From assembly GCA_038046385.1 (NCBI GenBank), contig JBBSWH010000006.1:125-64124 (forward strand): a DNA stretch of 64,000 nucleotides, written 5' to 3'. Below, one piece after another: positions 7,579 through 16,688 of the stretch. The notes under the pieces are model-generated. The model was not told where the DNA came from. It did no database searches and saw only the letters and a list, made by a program, of their open reading frames with translations. The stretch comes from Nanobdellota archaeon. Lineage in GTDB: Archaea; Nanobdellota; Nanobdellia; Woesearchaeales; GW2011-AR4. The position numbers were made by a program, and so were the translations under genes. Numbering within the stretch: the first letter of the stretch is position 1; each line of letters opens with the position of its first letter.

Positions 7579-8364
7579 ATGCTTTTGAGCATGGATAGTG
7601 CATGTTTAGTAACTCAAAATTTTAAAGATAATTCTAGTAGAGATTACCCCTATGGGGAGCAGATTATCATAGAAAATAATTTTATGAGGGTGCCAAGATC
7701 AATACACAGGCTTAAATGCCCGGATAAGCTTGATGAAGATTTGGCTTATTTAAGCGGCTATCATTTAGGGGATGGGTATCTTGAAGATTCAAATAAAACG
7801 TTTGAAAGAAGGAGAAAAGCAGGCTATGACATAGTATATGCAGATAGAGACCTTCACCAGATTGAATTAATAGGAAAAATTATTTATGAGGAGTTTGGTT
7901 TAAAATTAAATATATACAAAAGAAAGAATAGCGATGTGTACATAGGAAGGGCAAATTCCTGCAAAGTTCTTCATTGGTTTATGAATAAAAAGATGGGATT
8001 GCCAATAGGAAGAAAACACCATATAGCGATACCGGAATGGATACTAAAAAACGAGAAATTTTTAGCTAATTTTATAAGCGGTTTTTTTGATGCTGAAGCC
8101 GATATTAGTAAGACTACAAATCATGCCTATAAAATCATTAGGATACAATTCACTCAAAAAGATAAATTTGTAATAGATAACTTAAAAGAATTGTTATACT
8201 CTGTTTTTGATATTAGATCCGTTGTAAGCAAAAAGTGGAATCAGAATGCTTATCAACTGCACGTATTAGGCAAGAAAAATGCTGTTAAGTTCAAAGAAAA
8301 AATAGATTTTAGAAATGTTATTAAAAGGCAAAAATTGGAATGTTTTTTACAGGATTTTAAATGA
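7579..8364 (+). CDS. Double-motif LAGLIDADG homing endonuclease (free-standing)
   Basis: Two LAGLIDADG motifs: LAYLSGYHLGDGYL and LANFISGFFDAEADI, about 100 aa apart. TATTTAAAG TATA-like box about 20 nt upstream of the ATG. Confidence 0.8.
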   Translation: MLLSMDSACLVTQNFKDNSSRDYPYGEQIIIENNFMRVPRSIHRLKCPDKLDEDLAYLSGYHLGDGYLEDSNKTFERRRKAGYDIVYADRDLHQIELIGKIIYEEFGLKLNIYKRKNSDVYIGRANSCKVLHWFMNKKMGLPIGRKHHIAIPEWILKNEKFLANFISGFFDAEADISKTTNHAYKIIRIQFTQKDKFVIDNLKELLYSVFDIRSVVSKKWNQNAYQLHVLGKKNAVKFKEKIDFRNVIKRQKLECFLQDFK

Positions 8365-8369
8365 TAACT

Positions 8370-9320
8370 TTAGAAATGCTCGAATCCTTTTCTTAATCTG
8401 ATTTCTTTATTGTTTTTAATTAATTTAATTCCGCTCTTTTTATCCGTAATCTCTCCAATAACTGATGCGCCTAATCCTATTAACTTTTTTATTTTGCTTT
8501 TGGGCGCAGTAAACAAAAGCTCAAAATCTTCTCCTCCGTAAAGCGCAAGATCCAAGTGGTTTTTTCCGAGTAATTTAGCATCTTTTATTGTGTCTTTTGA
8601 AATTGGAATTTTGTCAGCATAGATTACTGCGCCAACTTTCGATTCTTCACATATGTGCATTACTTCTGATGCAATGCCGTCGCTGATGTCAATCATCGAA
8701 TTAATCCCTATTTTCACCAATTTTCCAGCCAAATCCAGCCTGCACTTCGGCTCAAGGTGGTTTTTTATTGATTCTCCTTTCTTGCCTTTTTTCAATAATT
8801 CAAGGCCTGCTGCTGATTTTCCTACATCACCTGAGCAGAGGATAATATCTCCTTTTTTTGCACCGCTTCTAAGCGCAAGATATTTTTTCTCAACAAAGCC
8901 AAGCATTGAGATGCTTACAATAATATCTTTTGATTTTGATATATTGCCCCCTACAATAGAAGTGCTGTATTTTTTTGCTGTTTTGCCTATTCCGTCGTAT
9001 AATCTATCCACAAAATTGACATCAAGATTTGATGGAAGCATTAATGATACAACGGCATATTTTGGAATGCCGCCCATTGCGGCTATGTCGCTTGCGTTCT
9101 GCTCGATTGCCTTTGCGCCAATCTGCCAAGGATTAAAATAATTCAATGAAAAATGCACGTTTTCGACAAGCGCATCGGTTGTGCAAAGAAGAAACTGTTT
9201 TTTGTTAAATTCCAAAACTGCTGCATCGTCTCCTATGCCCATTAAAACTTCATTGGGAGTATGTGTTTTTTCCCTTATATTTTTAATAATGCCCAGTTCG
9301 CCCAGATTTTTTAATTTCAT
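8370..9320 (-). CDS. thiL: Thiamine-monophosphate kinase (AIR-synthase-related fold)
   Basis: GIGDDAAVL, TTDALVENVHF and ASDIAAMGG motifs. Track start 9341 is TTG. The first ATG (9320, MKLKNLGELGII) matches the usual ThiL N-terminus and lies 1 nt after the nadK stop. Confidence 0.75.
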   Translation of the reverse strand: MKLKNLGELGIIKNIREKTHTPNEVLMGIGDDAAVLEFNKKQFLLCTTDALVENVHFSLNYFNPWQIGAKAIEQNASDIAAMGGIPKYAVVSLMLPSNLDVNFVDRLYDGIGKTAKKYSTSIVGGNISKSKDIIVSISMLGFVEKKYLALRSGAKKGDIILCSGDVGKSAAGLELLKKGKKGESIKNHLEPKCRLDLAGKLVKIGINSMIDISDGIASEVMHICEESKVGAVIYADKIPISKDTIKDAKLLGKNHLDLALYGGEDFELLFTAPKSKIKKLIGLGASVIGEITDKKSGIKLIKNNKEIRLRKGFEHF

Positions 9321-9321
9321 C

Positions 9322-10110
9322 CTAGAACCATACTGCTTCAAGCGGCTTTTTTGACATTCTTATGACTACTTTACCGCCGTTGCTAAATCCGTATTCCTTT
9401 CCAACAGAATCTGCGACAATAACCCCATCAAGCATTTCAGAATCTATCTCTATTTTTCCCTTATTGCTGATTATTCCGTGCTTTAACTGGTATTTGCTGA
9501 AAACCTTGAGCTCATATGGGTCGCGCACAACATACTGGAAAAGTTTTGAATGGAGATTTAACGGCCTGCAGCCGCATGCCCTTGCCCATGCCCAGCTCCC
9601 TGCCGGTGTCGTTACAAGAACTCCGCTGCTTTTCTGCCTTTCCGCCCTATTCTTAAATTTTATTATGTACTTTGAAGCTTGGTACCCTTTTCTTGGACCT
9701 ATAAAAAATTCATTTAAAGCCAGGCTTGAAATTTTTTTATTGTCAATTACCGCTTCAAGCCTTGAAAGTTTTTTTGTTTTAAAATTTCCGCTGATTATTT
9801 TCTGCAGCTTTTCTGCAAAATCCTTCCTTGAGGATTTCATGAAAAATCCTTCCTTGTTTTTAGGGTCTGCATTAACTCCAAAAACAATCTTTTTTGTGAC
9901 AAACTGCGCTGCCCTTAGAAATGTGCCATCACCGCCAACTGCTATAACAATATCCTTGCGCCTGAATTGATATTCCTTAAGGTAATCCCTATCTGCAAGA
10001 GAGTAATCTATTTTATTTGCCTTAAGCGTCTTTTTGACGTGCTCAAGCGTAAGCTTATACTCATTTGTTGTTGGGTTAGTGTAAACTACAACTGCGTTTT
10101 TTATTCTCAT
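9322..10110 (-). CDS. nadK: NAD kinase
   Basis: AVGGDGTFLRAA (GGDG motif), NEFFIG and VTTPAGSWAWA (TPxGSTAY-like) motifs. Confidence 0.8.
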   Translation of the reverse strand: MRIKNAVVVYTNPTTNEYKLTLEHVKKTLKANKIDYSLADRDYLKEYQFRRKDIVIAVGGDGTFLRAAQFVTKKIVFGVNADPKNKEGFFMKSSRKDFAEKLQKIISGNFKTKKLSRLEAVIDNKKISSLALNEFFIGPRKGYQASKYIIKFKNRAERQKSSGVLVTTPAGSWAWARACGCRPLNLHSKLFQYVVRDPYELKVFSKYQLKHGIISNKGKIEIDSEMLDGVIVADSVGKEYGFSNGGKVVIRMSKKPLEAVWF

Positions 10111-10190
10111 GATTTTTCTTAATGGAGCTCAATATTTAAATATGTCGGATAAGGCTCAATTAAAAGTTAATAAAATTTAGAATTAAAATA

Positions 10191-10850
10191 TTAAGCCAGT
10201 TGCACTGCGTTGACTATCTTGTCCTGCGAGTAATCATAGATTACAAGAACTTTTGCGTATCTCAAAAGGAAATCTCCTACTTTTGCATTTGCATATACTT
10301 CAGGGAACTGCTGCTTTAAGGTTGCAAGTGAAGCTGCATCAATCTGGCCGCCAGATGGCTGCTCTGCCTGAAGCCCTTTTGTTTCTGGGTGATTGTAAAG
10401 CTTTGCTGCAAAGTCTGCCGGCAGCTTGCCCTGATCTGGCTGCTGCAATGCAACTGATCCTTTTATTTCATCTTTAGCATAATCATATACGACAATTCTG
10501 TCAGTGTACTGCAAAATAAAGCTGCCTACATATGATATATCGAGCCCGCTTATCTGCTGCTGAAGGTTTGCAAAATTATTGTTGTTGATTTGTATGACAT
10601 TTAGAGGCGCAACTCCCACAAATCCCTTCATTTCCTCATGTGCTGTCAGTTTTTTGAGAAAATCCTCTAGGTTGATTGTTTGAGGAACAACTGCAGTTTT
10701 TATCTTATAGACATAAACAAGAGTGGCTGTTGATACTATTAATGAAACAATAACCAGAAGCAGGAGTGCATAATGCATTGCTGAATTATCCTTTGCAGAG
10801 GTGTAAGAAGGCGCATAAGATGACACTGGCTTCGACTCCCCCTTTACCAT
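10191..10850 (-). CDS. Membrane-anchored protein with an internal duplication, function unknown
   Basis: N-terminal TM helix HYALLLLVIVSLIVSTATLVYVY. Two repeats end GSFILQYTDRIVVYDYAKDEIKGSVAL and GDFLLRYAKVLVIYDYSQDKIVNAVQL. Confidence 0.45.
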   Translation of the reverse strand: MVKGESKPVSSYAPSYTSAKDNSAMHYALLLLVIVSLIVSTATLVYVYKIKTAVVPQTINLEDFLKKLTAHEEMKGFVGVAPLNVIQINNNNFANLQQQISGLDISYVGSFILQYTDRIVVYDYAKDEIKGSVALQQPDQGKLPADFAAKLYNHPETKGLQAEQPSGGQIDAASLATLKQQFPEVYANAKVGDFLLRYAKVLVIYDYSQDKIVNAVQLA

Positions 10851-10947
10851 TTAATTGATTAAAATCAACTATTATTTAAAAGTTGTGTTTGATTATTGAG
10901 TGGCAAAAGCGAAAGAAAGAAAAAGAAGCTTTCAAAATAATAGATTG

Positions 10948-12090
10948 ATGAGATATAAAATTATACTGCTGGCATTCTTTTTTTTATTGCTTCCTTCCGT
11001 TTATGCTGAAAAACTGAATGGGTCAACTTACAGTCAAAGCGTGATAGTTTCTGCCGGAGGAGAGAGCTCAGCAAGCACAAGCTACAAGACAAGCGTTGCG
11101 ACTGATATAATAAATAGCATAATATCCTCTTTTTCATATGCGAATAGTCTAGGATTTTTTCATACAATATTGCTGGCAAATAACCAGCCATGCACTTCTG
11201 CATCTCAATGTGAAGGCGGATATTGCTGCAGCAGCCTGTGCAAGAGTGCTGCATGCCCAACAGACAGCGCGGGAGGCGGCGGTGGAGGCAGCTCAGCTTC
11301 AAGCAGTGGCGGCGGCGGTGGAGGCGTCCCAAAAAAAGAAGTATCATCTTTCACAGCAAGCCCGGAATCAATACATGAAGCAATTGAACTTGGAGCATCG
11401 AAAACAAATGCTATAATAATCAGGAACACAGGAACTTCTAATCTTGATTTCGATCTGGGTGTCTTGACTGTTGAAAGTTTTGTTTCTTTGCCGGACTCGC
11501 TATTTTCGCTTGCGCCGGGAGAAGAAAAACAGATTGATGCAACAATAACTGGGGTGAGGGTTGGCTCTTACTTTGGAGAAATTAAGATTAAAGCCAACGG
11601 GATAACAAAATCCGTGTCTGTTGTAATTGACATAAGCCCTGATCAGTCCCTTTTTGATGTAAAGCTCGATATACCTGTAGAATACAAAAAAGTAAATGCC
11701 GGAACAGAATTGAAGGCGCAGATAACTCTTCTTAATGTAGGAACTGCAAAAAAAATTGATGTAACCCCCACTTACATAATAAAAGACAAATACGGGGGGA
11801 TTATTTATGAAACATCAGAAACTTTTGCAGTTGAAAAGCAAATGTCATATGTAAAAACATTCCAGCTTCCGAAAGTTATGGAACCAGGGGATTATATTGC
11901 TGTTGTTGAAATGAGGTACTCTAACCTGTTTGCAGTTTCAAGCGACATCTTCACCGTTGTAAATGAAAAAACAGGATCTTCAGTTAATTTTAATCCGAAC
12001 ATAGTCCTTCTTATGGGGATGGTTGTTGCAAGCCTTATGGTGCTTTTTGTGTATCTTGCATTGTTCAGGAAAAACATTCACAAGCGATAG
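10948..12090 (+). CDS. Secreted Cys/Gly-rich protein with beta-sandwich-like domains and a C-terminal TM anchor
   Basis: Track start 10900 is GTG. The first ATG gives signal peptide MRYKIILLAFFFLLLPSVYA. Cys-rich CTSASQCEGGYCCSSLCKSAAC, a poly-Gly linker, then domains paralogous to the ectodomain of 12229..15372. C-terminal anchor LLMGMVVASLMVLFVYLALF. Confidence 0.5.
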   Translation: MRYKIILLAFFFLLLPSVYAEKLNGSTYSQSVIVSAGGESSASTSYKTSVATDIINSIISSFSYANSLGFFHTILLANNQPCTSASQCEGGYCCSSLCKSAACPTDSAGGGGGGSSASSSGGGGGGVPKKEVSSFTASPESIHEAIELGASKTNAIIIRNTGTSNLDFDLGVLTVESFVSLPDSLFSLAPGEEKQIDATITGVRVGSYFGEIKIKANGITKSVSVVIDISPDQSLFDVKLDIPVEYKKVNAGTELKAQITLLNVGTAKKIDVTPTYIIKDKYGGIIYETSETFAVEKQMSYVKTFQLPKVMEPGDYIAVVEMRYSNLFAVSSDIFTVVNEKTGSSVNFNPNIVLLMGMVVASLMVLFVYLALFRKNIHKR

Positions 12091-12228
12091 TTCTAAACCC
12101 ACCGAAATGTATTTAAATGAAGTAGGATAAAATAGCCATATTACCGTTACACTACAAAAAAGAGGTGTGGTCTTTGTGATTTTAGTCTGTGTTATCTATA
12201 GTAATTCTGTGCGGAAGTAGGGTGCTTA

Positions 12229-15200
12229 ATGGTTTTCAAGCGCTATATTCACAGGCACGGAAAAAAGCTCGGCCCTTATTATTACGAGAACATGAGGGGG
12301 CCGGACGGAAGCATAAGAACAGTTTACATAGGCACTAATCCGCGCCAGCATCCAAAGCATAAAATAAGGCGCCCTTTGTTTTTCCTGATTGTGGTTCTGC
12401 TTCTTGTGCTTATTCTTGGCGGAATGCTTTTTTTCCTGCAAAACAAGCCATACTTAATAAAAAAAGTGAAGGGGAATGGGGAACTTAATTTTGATGCTGA
12501 CCAAATTCTTCTAAAAGTCCTTGTAAGGTCAAAAGAGTTTATAGAAAAAGATATACGAGTCATGAATACTGGAGCTGATGCAACCGATATAACCATTGAA
12601 GTTGAAGGGGTTTCTGACCTTGTAAAGACAGATTCTGCTTACTTTACGCTTAAGCCCGGCCAGACCAAGATAGCAAGGCTAAATTTTTCTTCTGTTTTTG
12701 TTTCTGAAGGGATAGAACAGCAGCCGGGAGTTTACATCGGAAAGCTTGTGATAAAATCAGAGAAAGGGCAAAAAGAGATTCCGATAGTGATTGAGATTGA
12801 GACAAAAAATGTTCTTTTTGATATGAATCTTAATCCAGTTGCAATTGAAAGAAAGGTAAGGCAAGGCCAGGACACTACAATTGAAGTCAGGCTGTTTAAT
12901 CTTGAAAGTATAGAATCTGAAAATGTTGATGTTGAATATTTTGTCAAGGATATAAGCGGAAACACGATACTTACTGAAAGCGAGACTGTTGTTGTGAAGA
13001 CACAGGCTTCTTTTTTCAAGACAGTATCTATACCAAAAAACCTCAAGCCAGGGCCTTATATTTTTGCAGCCCAGTCAAAATTTGGAAATTCTATAGGCAC
13101 ATCAAGCTATCTGTTTGAAGTTATAGACCTAAATGACCAGGAACCAAGCTTCGTGAATTTCTGCAAGAATAGTGTAATGTGCCTTGGACTGTCGCTTGCA
13201 ACAATCCTGCTTTTGTTCTCGCTTATGGCTTACTTTTACTTTTTTATTGGAGCTTATCTTTATGAAAAAATATCCGGCAAGGAGATGATACAAAAAGGCA
13301 AGCAAAAGAAAATGAAAAACCTTGAGGAAATTGAAGAAACTCCCGAGCTGTTTGGGCGCATGAGAATATGGTCAAGAAAAAGAGATGGGATAAAAGATAA
13401 GGAAGAAAAAAGAAGAGAGCAGGAGCTAATGAAGCCAAGCAGCGAGCTTAAGTCTTTGTACGCCTCTATGAAAATGCTTGATGAAGCTGCCGATAAAAAA
13501 GACTTTGAAAATCTTGACAAGTTCTACATAAAAGCAAAAGACATTTACATGAAACTTAACAATGCAGAGCAGAGGCAGGTCTACAGCAAGCTGATGCAGC
13601 TATACAAGATAAGAAATAATCTTGTTGAGGAAAAAAGAAAAGAAGATGAAAAGCTGCAGGAAAAACAAAAAGAAGCGGAAAGAAAAAGGATTGAGGCTGA
13701 GATAAAAAAGAAGGCTGCTGCAAGGGAAGAAAAGAAAGATGCGTTCAGGGAAAGCGTTCTTGGAATTATGCATGTGATAGGAGTTTACAAGACGCCTGAA
13801 GAAAGAAAACAGATTGCAGTCCTAAAGGAAAAAAAGAGAAAAGAGTCTGAGAAAGCAAGACAGGCTGCTGAAAAGCAACAGAAATTAGAAGAATTAAGAA
13901 AACAAAAAGAGCTCAGAAAACAGGAAGTCCTGCAGCAGAAGAACAGGATTGAAGAGGAAAATAAAAAGCAGAAAGAAGCTGAGATTTTGAGGAAATCGCA
14001 GGAAAAACAGCAGATGGAAGAAGAGAAACGGCGCAAACTGCAGGAAGCAGAAGCCAGAAAAACAGAAGAAGCGCAAAAAAAACTCAGAGAAGAAGAAGAG
14101 ATGAAACATCAGGAGGAGGAAGAAAAAAGAGCTGAAGAGCAGCAGATAGAAGAGGAGCAAAGAAGGAAAGAAGATTTCAAAAGACAAAGAGAGGAAGAAA
14201 ATAATAGGAAAGTTGAAGATACCAGAAGAAAAAAAGAAGAAATTAAAAAACTAAGGGAAGAGCAAAAACAAAAAGAAGATGAGGAAGCAAAAAGAAATGC
14301 AGCTGAAGAAGAGCAGAGGAAGATTGAAGAAAGCTTAAGGAGAAAAAAAGAGAAAGATCTTAGAGAGCAGGAAAAAACAAGAAAAGAAAGGACTGAAAAA
14401 ATAGAGAACCTGAAAAAAGAGCTGAAGAAAAACAGAACATCTGCTGAGAATATTGAATCAAATATTTCTGATATGAAATCAAAAATAAATTCATTGTCAT
14501 CCGATACTTCTGATCATGAATCAAAAGTGCATGAGCTTGAATCGATGCTGCAATCCAAGAAGAAAGAACTTGAAGAGTTGACTAAACATAAAAAATCTGT
14601 CTTGGATGGCCGTTTGAAGAGCCGCAAGTTCAGCATAAAAGACGCAGAACATGATGCTGAAAAGGCCAGGAGAAAAGAACTAAAGTCACAGCTTGCTGAA
14701 AGGGAATCCCAGCTGATGAAAGATCTTGAAGATGATTTGAAATCCTTAAGCGTGGATTCAAGGAAAAAAGCAGAGAGATGGAAAAAGCTGGAAATCAAGG
14801 CAAAGCTGGAAGTCGAGAAGAGCAAGCTGGAAGAAGGGCTTAAGGATTATTCTGCAGAGATTGTTGAGCGCGCAAAGAGGGAAAGCAAGCAGGATAATGA
14901 AATGCTCAAGGAAATAAACAAGAAGCAAAGAGAACTTAAAAGTGAAACAGCTGAATTAAATGCCCAGAAGCAGGAATTATTGTCAAAAAGGAAAAATGCT
15001 CCGGAAATGATTAAGGATTTTGAGGCAAAAATTCAAAATAATACAAAAAAACTGGAAAACCTAAAAAACAAAATAAGATTGATTGAAGATGAACTTGAAA
15101 AAGAAGGCGAGCTGGTTAATAAAACAGCTGAAAAGGGGGGAAAAACCGGATTTTTCAAAAATCTGTTTGCATTAAAAAAGAAAGATTCTGAAAATTCGCT

Positions 15201-15372
15201 TGAAAAATTCCAAATCCTTATGCAAAAAACAAAAGAGGCTGCTTCAAAAGGCGATATGGGCAGCGCAAAGAAGAATTATGTTGTGACAAGGGAAGCCTAT
15301 TTATCATTAAACGCTGCTGAGAAAAAAGAAGTGTATCCTGAGTTTATGGAAGTTTATAAAATGTTAAAGTAG
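12229..15372 (+). CDS. Bitopic/double-pass membrane protein: ectodomain paralogous to 10948..12090 plus a very long cytoplasmic E/R/K-rich helical region
   Basis: 1047 aa. N-terminal KRYIHRHGKKLGPYYYENMRGPDGSIRTVYIG and TM1 LFFLIVVLLLVLILGGMLFF. Beta-sandwich-like repeats (FDMNLNPVAIERKV...PGPYIFAAQSKF). TM2 LGLSLATILLLFSLMAYFYFFIGAYLY. The remaining roughly 700 aa are dominated by E, K and R. Confidence 0.55.
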   Translation: MVFKRYIHRHGKKLGPYYYENMRGPDGSIRTVYIGTNPRQHPKHKIRRPLFFLIVVLLLVLILGGMLFFLQNKPYLIKKVKGNGELNFDADQILLKVLVRSKEFIEKDIRVMNTGADATDITIEVEGVSDLVKTDSAYFTLKPGQTKIARLNFSSVFVSEGIEQQPGVYIGKLVIKSEKGQKEIPIVIEIETKNVLFDMNLNPVAIERKVRQGQDTTIEVRLFNLESIESENVDVEYFVKDISGNTILTESETVVVKTQASFFKTVSIPKNLKPGPYIFAAQSKFGNSIGTSSYLFEVIDLNDQEPSFVNFCKNSVMCLGLSLATILLLFSLMAYFYFFIGAYLYEKISGKEMIQKGKQKKMKNLEEIEETPELFGRMRIWSRKRDGIKDKEEKRREQELMKPSSELKSLYASMKMLDEAADKKDFENLDKFYIKAKDIYMKLNNAEQRQVYSKLMQLYKIRNNLVEEKRKEDEKLQEKQKEAERKRIEAEIKKKAAAREEKKDAFRESVLGIMHVIGVYKTPEERKQIAVLKEKKRKESEKARQAAEKQQKLEELRKQKELRKQEVLQQKNRIEEENKKQKEAEILRKSQEKQQMEEEKRRKLQEAEARKTEEAQKKLREEEEMKHQEEEEKRAEEQQIEEEQRRKEDFKRQREEENNRKVEDTRRKKEEIKKLREEQKQKEDEEAKRNAAEEEQRKIEESLRRKKEKDLREQEKTRKERTEKIENLKKELKKNRTSAENIESNISDMKSKINSLSSDTSDHESKVHELESMLQSKKKELEELTKHKKSVLDGRLKSRKFSIKDAEHDAEKARRKELKSQLAERESQLMKDLEDDLKSLSVDSRKKAERWKKLEIKAKLEVEKSKLEEGLKDYSAEIVERAKRESKQDNEMLKEINKKQRELKSETAELNAQKQELLSKRKNAPEMIKDFEAKIQNNTKKLENLKNKIRLIEDELEKEGELVNKTAEKGGKTGFFKNLFALKKKDSENSLEKFQILMQKTKEAASKGDMGSAKKNYVVTREAYLSLNAAEKKEVYPEFMEVYKMLK

Positions 15373-15591
15373 TTACCTTAAAGAGTCTTCAATCGGCTTT
15401 CTCTTTGCTTCCTTTGGCTGCTGCGCCTGCAGGTCTATCCCCAATTCCTTGAGGCTTTTTATGTGCATCTGCATCAATTGCTCTACAATTGAAAGAATCT
15501 TAAGCATCTCTTCGCGCTCTTTTGCAAGCGTTGTAAGCGCACCCTTGTGAAAGCCTATCTGCTCATCTTTATTTATTTGTTCTTTTGCCAT
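15373..15591 (-). CDS. Small helical protein, function unknown
   Basis: 72-aa ORF with an ATG start and heptad-like composition. No family recognised. Confidence 0.3.
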   Translation of the reverse strand: MAKEQINKDEQIGFHKGALTTLAKEREEMLKILSIVEQLMQMHIKSLKELGIDLQAQQPKEAKRKPIEDSLR

Positions 15592-15685
15592 TCTAATTGC
15601 GATGAATGAATGATATTTAATTGTTTCTAAAATTGGTTTTATTTAATTGATATAATTTGCTGCTTTAATTTAAAAGAATTTTAAT

Positions 15686-15721
15686 GGCTTCGCCATATTT
15701 TAGGCTCGCTCAGTGGCTCGC
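15686..15721 (+). repeat. GC-rich intergenic element, copy A (GGCTTCGCC ... GCTCGCT-N6-GCTCGC)
   Basis: GGCTTCGCCATATTTTAGGCTCGCTCAGTGGCTCGC aligns with the copies at 20793, 36518 and 54304. Confidence 0.55.
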
Positions 15722-15776
15722 ATTATTGTAATTTACTAGCTATAAATTTTTAAAATAAGTCAATTTATGCTGTAAT

Positions 15777-16688
15777 ATGACCCAAACTTTAGGCATTGTA
15801 AAGGAAGGCAGGCTCATTCCGGAAGATTTATGGATAAAATTCATTTCCGGGATGGAGAATGGATTTGACAATCTTGAAACCAATCAGGAAAGGGCAAAAA
15901 GAGAGCTTGCAAAAGCCATTGTTGAGGCTGTCAGAAAAAGAGCGACTACAAAATTCGGGATATTGCTTTCCGGCGGGGTTGACAGCTCATTGATATCATT
16001 CATTTCAAAGCAGCTTAAGTGCAATTTCACATGCTATACTGTCGGGATTGAAAATTCTGATGATATTGTGTGGGCAAAGGATGTTGCAAAAGAATATGGA
16101 TTGGCGCACAAGGTAAAAATGCTGACTCTTGATGAGCTTGAAACTGTGCTAAAGGAAACTGTATCCATATTGAATGATGCTGACATTGTGAAGGCAAGCG
16201 TGGGATCTGTGCTGTATGCATGCGGGAAAGTTGCGCTTGCAGACGGAAATAATATACTTTTTGGAGGCTTGGGAAGCGAAGAGCTTTTTGCAGGCTATCA
16301 AAGGCATTCTGATGTTTTTCAGAAAACTGGCTATGAAGGCTTGCATAAGGAATGCTGGAATGGTTTAAAGGGAATGTGGAAAAGGGATTTGACGAGAGAT
16401 TTTGCAATCGCAAAGCATCTTGGGCTTGATTTAAGAGCTCCGTTTCTTGACAAAGATATTGTAAAAACTGCAATGAATGTTCACCCAATGCTAAAACTAG
16501 ACAAGGACCAGAAAAAAATAATTTTAAGAGAAGCTGCTGAGTTTATTGGACTGAAAAAAGAATTTGCGTGGCGCAAGAAGCAAGCGGCTCAATATGGAAG
16601 CAATTTTGTCAACGGGATAGAGAAGCTTGCAAAGAGAAAAGGATTTCAATATAAAAAAGACTATCTGCAGAGCTTGCTAAAAAAATGA
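15777..16688 (+). CDS. Asparagine-synthase-like PP-loop ATP pyrophosphatase (no glutaminase domain)
   Basis: ILLSGGVDSSLI (SGGxDS PP-loop) and C-terminal DLRAPFLDKDIV...KIILREAA resemble the AsnB synthetase domain. Confidence 0.65.
   Translation: MTQTLGIVKEGRLIPEDLWIKFISGMENGFDNLETNQERAKRELAKAIVEAVRKRATTKFGILLSGGVDSSLISFISKQLKCNFTCYTVGIENSDDIVWAKDVAKEYGLAHKVKMLTLDELETVLKETVSILNDADIVKASVGSVLYACGKVALADGNNILFGGLGSEELFAGYQRHSDVFQKTGYEGLHKECWNGLKGMWKRDLTRDFAIAKHLGLDLRAPFLDKDIVKTAMNVHPMLKLDKDQKKIILREAAEFIGLKKEFAWRKKQAAQYGSNFVNGIEKLAKRKGFQYKKDYLQSLLKK

Noticed and set aside
8653-9970. Long plus-strand ORFs 8653..9141 and 9362..9970 opposite thiL and nadK.
   Set aside because: The minus-strand genes carry clear family motifs. 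The plus-strand translations are low-complexity with no motifs.
13244-14825. Several 60-100-aa minus-strand ORFs (for example 13244..13438, 13785..14036, 13894..14187, 14514..14825).
   Set aside because: They are antisense shadows of the purine-rich E/K-coding region. Their translations are low-complexity F/S/L strings.
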